A stretch of 64,000 nt of DNA from the NCBI GenBank assembly GCA_913052135.1, contig CAJXDY010000004.1:18879-82878 (forward strand), in the 5' to 3' direction. This DNA comes from an uncultured Acidobacteriota bacterium. GTDB lineage: Bacteria > Acidobacteriota > Vicinamibacteria > Vicinamibacterales > UBA823. The translations under genes were made by a program, and so were the position numbers. This document shows, in pieces, positions 10,191 to 19,682 of the stretch (position 1 is its first letter; every line of letters starts with the position of its first letter). A model generated the notes under the pieces. That model worked only from the letters and a program-made list of their open reading frames with translations. It did no database searches and was not told the DNA's origin.

Positions 10191-12310
10191 GGACTTGCCT
10201 CACTAGTAGAAGCTCTTGGAGTCAACACAGTACGAGCAAGTCTCAAAACACATTCGAAGTCTCGGTCGATTGGTATTCCTGGTTCTGGCGTTTGCTCAAC
10301 TACAAAACCATTGCCTTCAAGATGAGCGCGAACTTCAAGCTTGGCCAGTCCCCGCAACGCCTGCCGCGCACTTAGGCCTCGCAGGTCTGGCATAACGACT
10401 TGGCCAGGCTTGACAGTCGCTATCGCCGTTATGGCCGCGGGACGCTGTCGAGCGCCTGCAGTTCTGGATTCCGGTGCTGAATTTTGCGGCACCAAGATTA
10501 GTGACGGGGCATGAAGAGTCGGAGAGATTTCTAAATACCTAAGTGCAGCCTCGGCAATGCGTTTAAATATGGGTGCGGCAACAACACCGCCGTAGGTGTG
10601 TCCTGCTTTCGGTGAATCAATAACAACGAGAATCGTCAGCTCTGGTGCACGTGATGGCGCGAACCCGACAAACGAGGAATTGTACAGGCTCTTCGAATAT
10701 GCCCCATTAACAAATTTTGCGGCGGTCCCGGTTTTTCCAGCAATCGTATAACCAGGAATCTGGGCTTGCGTAGCAGTACCTCGACGAACTACATCCTCCA
10801 TCATTGATGTCACAGTAGTGGCTGTTGCCCGGGTGATCACCCGTTGCGGATCTTCACGTTTCATCTTGACTCGACGCCCATGTGCCACAAGCGCTTTAAC
10901 AACGTGAGGTTCCATTAAATTACCGCCGTTTGCGATAACGCTTGTGGCCACAGCCATCTGGAGGGGCGTCACCCCGATTTGATATCCTATCGACACGGAA
11001 GCCAACCCACTTGGATCCAGGTTTTCTGGAGGCCACACCAAGCCAGGGTTCTCTCCGCTAAAATCCTGTGACAGCCTTCGTCCAAATCCAAAGCGGCGCG
11101 TATACTCATCAAGTCGATCGGCGCCAATTTCCTGGCCAACGAGAATCGTGCCCACGTTGCTCGATTTGACGATCACGTCAGTAAACGACAGCGTGCCGTA
11201 ATTCGTAGTATCGTGAATCGTACGTGCACCGAAGTGAATCATTCCCTCACTCACGTCGAACAAATCGTCTGGTGCAACAACCTTTTCTTCGAGAGCTGCA
11301 GATGCCGTAACGATTTTGAAGATGGAGCCCGGCTCGTACTGGTCTTGAATCGCGCGATTCCGACGGACCTCGCTAGTAAAAAACCGGAACACATTTGGAT
11401 TGAAGGTTGGCTCATTAGCGAGTGCGAGCACTTCGCCGGTATGTGGTTGGAGGATGATGACCGTGCCAGCGGACGCACGGTGCTCCTCGATCCCTCTACG
11501 GAGTTCTCGTTCTGCAATATGTTGCAGGTGCTCGTCAATCGTCAATTCAAGAGTTGCGCCAACGGTGGGAGCTTGTTCGATCCGACTGACAAATGCGCGA
11601 TGGCGAGCGTCCGTCTGAAACAGGATTTTGCCAGGCTGACCTAGAATCGTTGATTGATACTTAGATTCAATACCGCCAAGACCCTTGTTATCTACCCCGA
11701 CATACCCGAGGAGATGCGCTGCCATTTCCCGATTCGGGTAATAGCGCCGCTCCTCTTTAATCCACCCAATCCCCTCGATCTTGAGTGCCGCAATTCGTTC
11801 TTTAACCGTGGGTAACACTTGCCGACGGATATAGGCAAAAGCTCGGTCAGTATCCAATCGTGCGGTGAGCTCTTCCACACTAAGGTAGCTGCCTTTACCG
11901 CAATCTTTCAACACGTCGCAGAGTTGCTTGGCAACTATCTCAGCGTTGTTGATCTGTCTCGGTATCGCGGTAATGGTGTCGGCTTCAACACTCAGTGCTA
12001 GTACGCGACCTTTTCGATCAAGAATATCTCCTCGCTTCGCAGGAACTGAAAGTGTTTGTTCCTGCTGAATAGCAGCCTGATCTAAATAAAAATCACGGTC
12101 ATAAACCTGGACGTACCATAATCGACCGCCGATCACGCACATCCACCCCAGCAATATCACTGCCACCAAGGTAACTCGACGTCGTATTGCGTGACGCCAC
12201 TGGTCACTCGCACCAACTGCTGCTGTCTGCTTCTCAATCTCTTCACCGGACATGCCGGCTTGAGAATCATCAGCAAAAAGTGGGCCAATGCCTTGTGACC
12301 GCTTGGTCAA
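10187..12310 (-). CDS. ftsI: Class B penicillin-binding protein / septal transpeptidase FtsI with a C-terminal PASTA-like domain
   Basis: 707 aa. SxxK (GSIFKIV), SxN (KSSNVG), KTG (GKTGTA). The C-terminal sequence MPDLRGLSARQALRGLAKLEVRAHLEGNGFVVEQTPEPG resembles PASTA. It overlaps murE by 4 nt. Confidence 0.9.
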   Translation of the reverse strand: MTKRSQGIGPLFADDSQAGMSGEEIEKQTAAVGASDQWRHAIRRRVTLVAVILLGWMCVIGGRLWYVQVYDRDFYLDQAAIQQEQTLSVPAKRGDILDRKGRVLALSVEADTITAIPRQINNAEIVAKQLCDVLKDCGKGSYLSVEELTARLDTDRAFAYIRRQVLPTVKERIAALKIEGIGWIKEERRYYPNREMAAHLLGYVGVDNKGLGGIESKYQSTILGQPGKILFQTDARHRAFVSRIEQAPTVGATLELTIDEHLQHIAERELRRGIEEHRASAGTVIILQPHTGEVLALANEPTFNPNVFRFFTSEVRRNRAIQDQYEPGSIFKIVTASAALEEKVVAPDDLFDVSEGMIHFGARTIHDTTNYGTLSFTDVIVKSSNVGTILVGQEIGADRLDEYTRRFGFGRRLSQDFSGENPGLVWPPENLDPSGLASVSIGYQIGVTPLQMAVATSVIANGGNLMEPHVVKALVAHGRRVKMKREDPQRVITRATATTVTSMMEDVVRRGTATQAQIPGYTIAGKTGTAAKFVNGAYSKSLYNSSFVGFAPSRAPELTILVVIDSPKAGHTYGGVVAAPIFKRIAEAALRYLEISPTLHAPSLILVPQNSAPESRTAGARQRPAAITAIATVKPGQVVMPDLRGLSARQALRGLAKLEVRAHLEGNGFVVEQTPEPGIPIDRDFECVLRLARTVLTPRASTSEASP

Positions 12311-12326
12311 TTACTCCCCCCTATAT

Positions 12327-12722
12327 CTATCTACGAGTAGCCACGATCGCAGTGTCAGGCGGTGGTGCCATTTCGACCCGTTCTAGTACGATCACCTGAT
12401 CCTCCGACGGCACTACCAAGTTCAGTTCTTCCCTCGCTATCCTTTCAACTTCCTTTGGCGACGTCAGGCTTTCAATTTCAAGACGAAGGTGCTGATTCTT
12501 TGATTTTTCTATCTCGTGTTCTTTGCGCAAATCTTCAATACGGTACCCATGTTGTATTAACTCAAAGTTTTGCCACGCGGAAAACAAGACCACCGCTACG
12601 ATTACTATCCCAAACCCCACCCAACGCCTGAGTTCCTTGTGTTGTCTTTTGTCAGGTTCGCGAATGATCGCAGTGTTCCGAACTTTCGGCGTCTTTTCAT
12701 ACTCAATCCATTGCGACTTCAT
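12327..12722 (-). CDS. ftsL: Cell division protein FtsL
   Basis: 131 aa. One TM segment (WVGFGIVIVAVVLFSAW) followed by a coiled-coil-like region. It sits between rsmH and ftsI. Confidence 0.8.
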   Translation of the reverse strand: MKSQWIEYEKTPKVRNTAIIREPDKRQHKELRRWVGFGIVIVAVVLFSAWQNFELIQHGYRIEDLRKEHEIEKSKNQHLRLEIESLTSPKEVERIAREELNLVVPSEDQVIVLERVEMAPPPDTAIVATRR

Positions 12723-13615
12723 GCGACCCTCTCAGCCACACGCAACTTTGCAGATCTTGCGCGTGGATTACGCTCAACTTCTTCGTCCTGAGGAATGACT
12801 GGACGCTTCGTTAAAACGCGAATCGCCACCTTGCCCTCACGCTCAAACGCTCGGAACGTGTGTTTCACGATTCGATCTTCAAGTGAATGAAAGGAAATAA
12901 CGACTAGCCTAGCCCCCGTCCGCAAGCGACGACACATCGCCTCCAGCGCAACTTCTAATCCCTCTAACTCCTGATTCACCCAAATCCGAATCGCTTGAAA
13001 AGTCCTTGTCGCCGGATCGATGCGCGTGTATCCTTTTCGCCTCAATGAGCGCCGCACGATTGACGCCAAGTCCCCAGTCGAGGTTACCGGTGATGTCCGC
13101 CTCGCCTCCACAATCGCTCGGGCAATACGTCGTGATTGTCGCTCCTCGCCATATTTAAAGATGATGTCCGCTAATGCTTGTTCCGAAGTATTCCGGATCA
13201 AGTCTGCTGCGGTCTGGCCAGTCGATTGATCCATCCGCATATCAAGCGGTTCGTCACGGCGAAAACTAAAACCACGCCCTTCACCATCCAAATGGAGCGA
13301 TGAAACACCCAAGTCTGCTAACACGCCGTCAACGCTAGAAATCTGATTGGTATTTAGAACAGCGTCCACGTCTTTGTAATTGGCATGATGAAGTTCGACA
13401 TGTTCAGCCCAAGCCGATAACGCTGTGTGTGCCTGGCTCAGCGCTTCGCGATCACGGTCAAGCCCAATCACTCGGCTGGCACCATGTTCAAGTAGTACGC
13501 GCGCATGACCACCTAAACCCACCGTGCAGTCAACAAACAAGCCTCCGCGCTGGGGAGCTAAAAATGTCAGCACCTCTGCAGTGAGCACTGCCTGATGCAC
13601 AGTTGTATCCATCAA
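12719..13615 (-). CDS. rsmH: 16S rRNA (cytosine1402-N4)-methyltransferase
   Basis: 298 aa. DCTVGLGGHA SAM motif and SFHSLEDRIVK. Confidence 0.95.
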   Translation of the reverse strand: MMDTTVHQAVLTAEVLTFLAPQRGGLFVDCTVGLGGHARVLLEHGASRVIGLDRDREALSQAHTALSAWAEHVELHHANYKDVDAVLNTNQISSVDGVLADLGVSSLHLDGEGRGFSFRRDEPLDMRMDQSTGQTAADLIRNTSEQALADIIFKYGEERQSRRIARAIVEARRTSPVTSTGDLASIVRRSLRRKGYTRIDPATRTFQAIRIWVNQELEGLEVALEAMCRRLRTGARLVVISFHSLEDRIVKHTFRAFEREGKVAIRVLTKRPVIPQDEEVERNPRARSAKLRVAERVA

Positions 13616-14052
13616 ATGCCAAACTCCGCCAAGGCGCGCGCATCCTCTTCGGAATATGGTTCGCGCTGTAGCTTGGCTACAAATCGGTCATGGTTCCACA
13701 CGTCCAAATAGTCATACAAACCAAAGACATCAACCTCGCCAACTATTAACGCTGACTCACGAAGTCGCTGATGAATCGATACACGTCCCTGTCGATCAAA
13801 CTCAGCGGGCTGTCCAAAATAGTTGATTCGGTCAAAAAACCTCGCACGCGAAGGGTGTGATGAGGGAACTTGGGCAAGCTTCTGTTCGATCCCTTCCCAC
13901 ACCGACATTGGATAGACACGTGCATAGTCACCAGAAAGACTGGTCACGAACAATCTGGTTCCATAACGTTCCTGAATGAACGCACGAAAAGCAGTCGGAA
14001 TTTTGAGCCGACCCTTGTCATCGATTTTTGCTGAGAAATTACCCCTAAGCAC
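13612..14052 (-). CDS. mraZ: Transcriptional regulator MraZ
   Basis: 146 aa with a GTG start. Duplicated DxxxR motifs (DDKGRLKIP, DRQGRVSIH). First gene of the dcw cluster. Confidence 0.93.
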   Translation of the reverse strand: MLRGNFSAKIDDKGRLKIPTAFRAFIQERYGTRLFVTSLSGDYARVYPMSVWEGIEQKLAQVPSSHPSRARFFDRINYFGQPAEFDRQGRVSIHQRLRESALIVGEVDVFGLYDYLDVWNHDRFVAKLQREPYSEEDARALAEFGI

Positions 14053-14061
14053 CTATTAAAC

Positions 14062-14086
14062 TCCACTTTAAGCCATTAAAGTCCAC
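14062..14086 (-). promoter_or_regulatory. Three TGG-core direct repeats at exact 10-bp spacing; candidate MraZ operator
   Basis: The minus strand reads GTGGA-N5-ATGGC-N5-GTGGA. The CCA cores on the plus strand are at 14063-65, 14073-75 and 14083-85, 10-36 nt upstream of the mraZ GTG. The proximal repeat overlaps a GGAG that may be the Shine-Dalgarno sequence. Confidence 0.35.
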
Positions 14087-14289
14087 TGCAATCGTAAGAA
14101 ACGCAGAGGTTTATGTCAACATTCAAATAGTGGTTTCCATTTATCTTCGCTAAATGTTCTCCTATTTCTAATTCGGCGCTGTTTCGCAAAGATGACCTGC
14201 AGAGCGTGCTAACATTAAATGTTCTATTAATTGACGTTACGCGTGCTGCTTGTCGACCCAGCGGACTACCCGGTAACTTCCTATAAAAA

Positions 14290-15366
14290 ATGTTGCGTGC
14301 AGGCCTGATTGGCTTCCCATCGTCTGGTAAGACCACCCTGTTTCAATTAATGACTCAGGCTCTTGAAACTGGTCATAACCGACGTCGTGGAGATCCTGCA
14401 GTGGGAATTTCACGGGTACCGGATGAAAGGCTCGACCACCTAACGACCATGTTTAACCCTAAGAAACGCGTACCAACCACTGTGCAGTTTTCTGACCCGA
14501 CAGGTCAGCAAGGTCTGACCTCAACAGTAGATGTTTCGGTATTTCGTGAAGCGGATGCCCTACTTCACGTCGTTCGAGCGTTTCAAAGTGAAACAGCACC
14601 ACCTCCTTCAGGTTCCGTTGACCCTGGACGTGACATACGTTTGATGGAAGAAGAACTAATTTTGAACGATTTAGATGTCGTAGAACGGCGCCTCCAACGC
14701 GTCAATCAGGATCTAAAAAAAGGTAAGAACACGACATTAGACCAGGAAAAAACTGTTCTCACGCAATGCCAGGAATCACTTGAAGAAGGTACGCCAGTGC
14801 GGGCACTTAACCTTGATGAACACCTCCAAAAACAACTGCGGGGCTTTCAACTACTTTCGGCTAAGCCTCTCTTGCTAATCCTCAACCTCGACGAAACTGA
14901 CCTCTCTCAAAATACACCAGCCGATGCATCACCAGGTATCGAACGGATTAAGGATAAGCTCACGCACGCCCACGTGCCGGTTTGCGCAAAAATTGAGCTG
15001 GAAATCTCACAGCTAGATCCCAGTGACGCTCAAACTTTTTTGGCGGATCTCGGACTTGTGGAATCGAGCCTCGACCGTGTGATTCGTGCTGCCTTTCAAT
15101 TGCTGGGGTACATCTCGTTTTTTACTGTTGGTGAGGACGAATGTCGCGCATGGGCTGTGCCAAAAGGAACCATTGCGCAGGCTGCGGCACGTGAAATTCA
15201 TTCAGATATCGCCCGAGGCTTCATTAGGGCCGAAGTCGTTTCCTACGAACCATTAAAAGAGCGTGGCTCGCTTCATACTTGTCGTGAGCACGGTGAAGTG
15301 CGGCTCGAAGGCAAAGAATACGAAGTGCAAGACGGCGACGTTATCAATTTTCGATTTGCGACGTGA
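14290..15366 (+). CDS. ychF: YchF/OLA1-family P-loop NTPase
   Basis: 358 aa. P-loop GFPSSGKTTLF and a C-terminal TGS-like FIRAEVVSYE...VQDGDVINFRF. Confidence 0.8.
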   Translation: MLRAGLIGFPSSGKTTLFQLMTQALETGHNRRRGDPAVGISRVPDERLDHLTTMFNPKKRVPTTVQFSDPTGQQGLTSTVDVSVFREADALLHVVRAFQSETAPPPSGSVDPGRDIRLMEEELILNDLDVVERRLQRVNQDLKKGKNTTLDQEKTVLTQCQESLEEGTPVRALNLDEHLQKQLRGFQLLSAKPLLLILNLDETDLSQNTPADASPGIERIKDKLTHAHVPVCAKIELEISQLDPSDAQTFLADLGLVESSLDRVIRAAFQLLGYISFFTVGEDECRAWAVPKGTIAQAAAREIHSDIARGFIRAEVVSYEPLKERGSLHTCREHGEVRLEGKEYEVQDGDVINFRFAT

Positions 15367-15441
15367 TAGGATGCGCGAAGGGCACTGTGCCCGACACATC
15401 GTGCGCGTGTCAGAGACCATTACCGGAGAACTTATTAAGCT

Positions 15442-16404
15442 ATGCGGGCACTCATCACTGGCGGGGCCGGATTTATTGGATCACATCTTTCGCAGGCACT
15501 CCTCAAGGCCGGCCATGAAGTGTTTGCGCTAGACAATCTGTCAACCGGCTCAATCGACAATATTGAACACTTGAAATCCCATCCCTCTTTTCACTATACG
15601 AATGAGTCGGTAACCAATGAGCCCGTGTTAGCCGAGTTGATCGATCGTAGTGACGTCATTTTCCATCTGGCAGCTGCAGTCGGCGTCAAGTTAATCGTTG
15701 AGGCACCCGTTCATACGATTGAAACAAATGTGCATGGCACTGAAGTCGTCTTAACTCATGCCAACAAGAAAAAGAAGCTCGTCATTGTCGCGTCGACTTC
15801 TGAAGTTTACGGTAAATCGAAGGAGGTGCCATTTAAGGAAGAAGCAGACATCAGGCTCGGTGCAACATGGAAGCACCGCTGGGCCTATGCCTGCAGCAAA
15901 GCTCTCGATGAGTTCTTGGCGCTAGCCTACTGGAAAGAAAGACAACTTCCGGTTATTGTCGTGCGACTCTTCAATACAGTGGGTCCACGCCAGACTGGGC
16001 AGTACGGCATGGTAATCCCGTCATTTGTCCGACAAGCCCTAGCCGGCCAGCCAATTACCGTCTTTGGAGATGGCTCCCAGTCGAGAAGTTTCACTTATGT
16101 GGGTGATGTCGTCGGAGCCCTCATAAAACTGAGCGCTGAATCACGAGCCATCGGACAGGTTTATAACATTGGCAACAGTCACGAAATTACGATCCGGGCG
16201 CTGGCTGAAAAAATTAAAGCTATGACAAACAGTTCCTCTGAAATTGTCACGATCCCTTATGACCAGGCGTACGATGCCGGTTTTGAGGATATGCCTCGAC
16301 GGGTGCCGGACCTCACAAAGATTCATGAGTTGATAGGGTACGTCCCAGAAGTACAACTCGAAGAAATACTTTCACAAGTTATTGATTATTTTAAGGAACG
16401 CTAA
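15442..16404 (+). CDS. NAD-dependent nucleotide-sugar epimerase/dehydratase (extended SDR, UDP-glucuronate decarboxylase-like)
   Basis: 320 aa. Motifs GGAGFIGSHL and YACSK (YxxxK). Confidence 0.8.
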   Translation: MRALITGGAGFIGSHLSQALLKAGHEVFALDNLSTGSIDNIEHLKSHPSFHYTNESVTNEPVLAELIDRSDVIFHLAAAVGVKLIVEAPVHTIETNVHGTEVVLTHANKKKKLVIVASTSEVYGKSKEVPFKEEADIRLGATWKHRWAYACSKALDEFLALAYWKERQLPVIVVRLFNTVGPRQTGQYGMVIPSFVRQALAGQPITVFGDGSQSRSFTYVGDVVGALIKLSAESRAIGQVYNIGNSHEITIRALAEKIKAMTNSSSEIVTIPYDQAYDAGFEDMPRRVPDLTKIHELIGYVPEVQLEEILSQVIDYFKER

Positions 16405-16444
16405 GCAATCACCTGTATGCTGCTGCTAGCCTGACTCTCACGTA

Positions 16445-18079
16445 ATGTCATCGCCAGTTTCGGAGACTTCCTCCGCGCCGCATCAATCATCAAAGCCGTC
16501 ATCCGTACGACTTGCCCGCTCCGTAGGTGTGATCGGAAGTGCCACGATGATTAGTCGTGTCCTCGGGCTTGTTCGTGACCAAGTTCTGGCGTACCTCTTT
16601 GGCGCTGGAAATGCGATGGATGCCTTCACCATAGGATTTCGCATCCCGAACTTGATGCGTGATCTCTTTGCCGAAGGCGCGATGAGTGCAGCATTTGTCC
16701 CGACCTTTACTCGACGCATGACGACCGACGGTCGAGAGGTTGCGTGGCGACTCGGAAATCAACTCATCAATGCTCTGCTGCTTACCACAGGCATTCTGGT
16801 CATTGCTGGGATTATTTTTGCTGGTCCCATTGTAAATATGTTTGCTGGAGACTATGCCAACGTTCCAGGAAAACTCGAGCTCACAACATTGCTAACGCGC
16901 ATCATGCTGCCGTTCCTGACGTTGGTAACCGTGGCTGCCGCCTTCATGGGAATGCTCAACGCCCATCAGCATTTTTTCACACCTGCGCTCTCACCAGCGA
17001 TGTTCAACATCGCCATGATCGCTAGTGGGTTTGGTCTTGTTCCACTAATGCCGCAGTTCGGGTTGCCTCCAATTACGGGTATGGCAATTGGCACTCTTCT
17101 TGGCGGATTCGGCCAGGGATTCCTTCAATGGATGGCCCTCCGAAAACAGGGCTATCGATACCGCCTATTGCTCAATCCCCACGATAGTGGGCTGCAAGAA
17201 GTGCTTAGGCTAATGGGTCCGGGCACCCTCGGACTTGCAGCCGTGCAAATTAACTTGCTCGTCAACTCAATACTCGCGACGGGTGAAGGGACAGGCGCCG
17301 TCTCCTGGCTTAGTTATGCCTTTCGCCTAATGTATCTCCCAATTGGACTCTTTGGAGTCTCTATCGCCACAGCTTCATTACCGCAATTTTCTCGAATGGC
17401 AGCGCTGGAAAATACCACGGATATGCGTAAAATGATTTCCAGCAGTCTGCGCTTGATGATGATGTTGAATGTACCGGCTGCCGTAGGCTTGATGGTGTTG
17501 GCGACGCCAATCATCGCCTTGATCTTCGAACGAGGAAGCTTCACCTCAGCTGATACGGCTGCTACAGCTGCAGCGCTTCAATGCTATGCCCCTGGGTTAA
17601 TTGGCTACTCCACGGTCAAAATTACGGCGCCTATTTTTTACGCCATGCGAGATAGTCGCACGCCAGCGGTCATCAGTGGGATCGCTGTTGCACTTAATTT
17701 GGTTCTCAATTTAACGCTAGTCCGGATTATGGGCTATCAAGGTCTAGCTCTTGGAACAGCAATTGCGGCAATTTTTAACGCACTGATCTTAATGATCTTA
17801 CTGCATCGCCGTCTGGATGGAATTGACGGAGCAAGACTTGGCATTACCTTTATCAAAATTGTCGTAGCATCCATCATCATGGGTAGTGTAGCCGTTGTTA
17901 CAGAACGATACTTGGCTGACATTTGGCCAAGCGCCCTTCTCAGTGTGCAAATACTGCGCCTCTCTATCACTATCGCGGCGAGCGTACTGGTTCTCTGCGG
18001 TGCGGCTCAGGCCTTGCGTATGGATGAATTCAACGACGCTCGTCGCCGTATTATCGCCAAACTCACTGGGACTGTTTGA
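16445..18079 (+). CDS. murJ: Lipid II flippase MurJ (MviN)
   Basis: 544 aa polytopic membrane protein with SRVLGLVRDQVLAYLFGAGNAMDAFTIGFRIPNLMRDLFAEGAMSAAFVP. Confidence 0.9.
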   Translation: MSSPVSETSSAPHQSSKPSSVRLARSVGVIGSATMISRVLGLVRDQVLAYLFGAGNAMDAFTIGFRIPNLMRDLFAEGAMSAAFVPTFTRRMTTDGREVAWRLGNQLINALLLTTGILVIAGIIFAGPIVNMFAGDYANVPGKLELTTLLTRIMLPFLTLVTVAAAFMGMLNAHQHFFTPALSPAMFNIAMIASGFGLVPLMPQFGLPPITGMAIGTLLGGFGQGFLQWMALRKQGYRYRLLLNPHDSGLQEVLRLMGPGTLGLAAVQINLLVNSILATGEGTGAVSWLSYAFRLMYLPIGLFGVSIATASLPQFSRMAALENTTDMRKMISSSLRLMMMLNVPAAVGLMVLATPIIALIFERGSFTSADTAATAAALQCYAPGLIGYSTVKITAPIFYAMRDSRTPAVISGIAVALNLVLNLTLVRIMGYQGLALGTAIAAIFNALILMILLHRRLDGIDGARLGITFIKIVVASIIMGSVAVVTERYLADIWPSALLSVQILRLSITIAASVLVLCGAAQALRMDEFNDARRRIIAKLTGTV

Positions 18080-18197
18080 AGCTGTTGAAACAATGGGTTT
18101 AAACGAGGCTGCGGCCAACATTATGGTACGATTACCTAGTAGGCTTGAGCCACGCTGATTGGATGTCAGTAAAGTTCCTGGTTCGTAAGTAGTGTAG

Positions 18198-18950
18198 ATG
18201 CCTCAATATCGTTACTCCGCATCCCCATACCGCTTCGGCCCTGGGCCAATTTCTCCGGGCATTAAGATGTTGATAAAACTCAACATTCTTGCCTTCGTCG
18301 CAACTATCGTGTGGCCACGCCTCGTACTCTCATTCGGATTGACACCTCAGGCAGTATTCGAGCAATTTCATTTCTGGCAACCAGTCACGTATCTATTCCT
18401 TCATGGTGGTCTCTTTCACATCTTATTCAATATGTTGGCCCTATGGATGTTTGGCGTGGAACTCGAACGTCTTTGGGGAAGCAAGGCCTTTATTAAATAC
18501 TATTTTGTAACAGGCATCGGTGCCGCCGTAACAGTATTGTTCGTCTCCCTACTCCCGATTGCGTCCGCTGACCAAATGTACTATTCGGTAACAATCGGTG
18601 CGTCCGGTGCAGTGTATGGAGTATTGCTTGCCTTTGGTCTGTACTATCCAGATCGCCCGATCTACATGTATTTCCTGTTTCCCGTACCGGCAAAGTATTT
18701 CGTCATGATCATTGGGGGAATTCTCTTTTTCTCATCAATCAACGATACGAATAGCGGCGTCTCACACGAAGCCCATCTTGGAGGACTCCTCGCCGGTTAC
18801 CTCTATTTAAGAGGGGGTGGGGGTGGGACAACAAATTTAATTGGCGAAATTAAATACCAGTACATTAAATGGAAAATGAATCGTCTTCGTCGACGCTTCC
18901 ATGTTCACCCTGGTAAGCGAGATGACGACTGGACTGGGCCTGTCCATTGA
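18198..18950 (+). CDS. Rhomboid-family intramembrane serine protease
   Basis: 250 aa. Motifs HGGLFHILFNMLALWMFG, GASGAVYG and HLGG. Confidence 0.85.
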   Translation: MPQYRYSASPYRFGPGPISPGIKMLIKLNILAFVATIVWPRLVLSFGLTPQAVFEQFHFWQPVTYLFLHGGLFHILFNMLALWMFGVELERLWGSKAFIKYYFVTGIGAAVTVLFVSLLPIASADQMYYSVTIGASGAVYGVLLAFGLYYPDRPIYMYFLFPVPAKYFVMIIGGILFFSSINDTNSGVSHEAHLGGLLAGYLYLRGGGGGTTNLIGEIKYQYIKWKMNRLRRRFHVHPGKRDDDWTGPVH

Positions 18951-19001
18951 CACTACGAATGTTTTGAGCACATCAGCGACTGGGATCTAATGTGTTGCGC
19001 T

Positions 19002-19379
19002 CTAGGTTGTCGCTGTCTCGTTGGAGTCGTCACGAGTGAGCTTCGCACCAAGCCAATCGTGGCGAGCTGGACTAAAAAAGTCGATTTCAAACGTATCGTC
19101 AAGCACTTCAGCCTGATGTTCGACGCCTGATGGAATAACCAAGACTTCGCCTTCGCTCACAAGGACTTCAGCACCAGCAATCATGAACTTAACCCGTCCC
19201 TGGAGCACATAAGTCATCTGCTCGCTTTCGTGCGCATGCTTGGGGACCATGGAGCCTTTCTTCAGATAGACTTGCACCAACATCTCACGCTCTCCAGAAA
19301 CAACCTTGCGCGAGACCATTGCGGTAACCTTATCTGGCGCTATATCTTCCCACCGATGCAGTGTAAAACTGGTAGACAT
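19002..19379 (-). CDS. Cupin-domain protein
   Basis: The ORF track extends to 19484. The likely start is MSTSFTLHRW at 19379. Cupin motifs are PKHAHESEQMTYVLQG and VLVIPSGVEH. Confidence 0.7.
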   Translation of the reverse strand: MSTSFTLHRWEDIAPDKVTAMVSRKVVSGEREMLVQVYLKKGSMVPKHAHESEQMTYVLQGRVKFMIAGAEVLVSEGEVLVIPSGVEHQAEVLDDTFEIDFFSPARHDWLGAKLTRDDSNETATT

Positions 19380-19682
19380 TGTATGTTCCACGCTACGAAA
19401 TACCACGTTTTTAGGCTCTTTTGTCGCAAGAGCGCGATGAGTATACCACTGCCAGCCGATGTTATAATGTGATGAGTAACTCAACTATCAATTTTGAGTA
19501 GCAACAACATCCTTCGCGTGCCACTAATATCTGACAGAAGCATGAGTGTATTTGTTATTACTGGAGGATGTGATACGCCAAGTAACACATCCTTAGAATG
19601 AGCTAACGATTCGATGAGCCTAAAGGCCGCCACAGCTTCCAACCCGTCGTCGCAATCCAAAGCGATCAAGAATCAGAAGCAC

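Noticed and set aside
14076-14336. An 86-aa minus-strand ORF in the mraZ/ychF divergent region.
   Set aside because: It overlaps the ychF start on the opposite strand, has no recognisable motifs or ribosome-binding site, and would sit across the presumed promoters. Likely spurious.
18813-18827. A G-rich run, GGGGGTGGGGGTGGG, in the rhomboid gene, considered as a possible G-quadruplex.
   Set aside because: Only three G-tracts are present. The run simply encodes the GGGGG linker of the protein.
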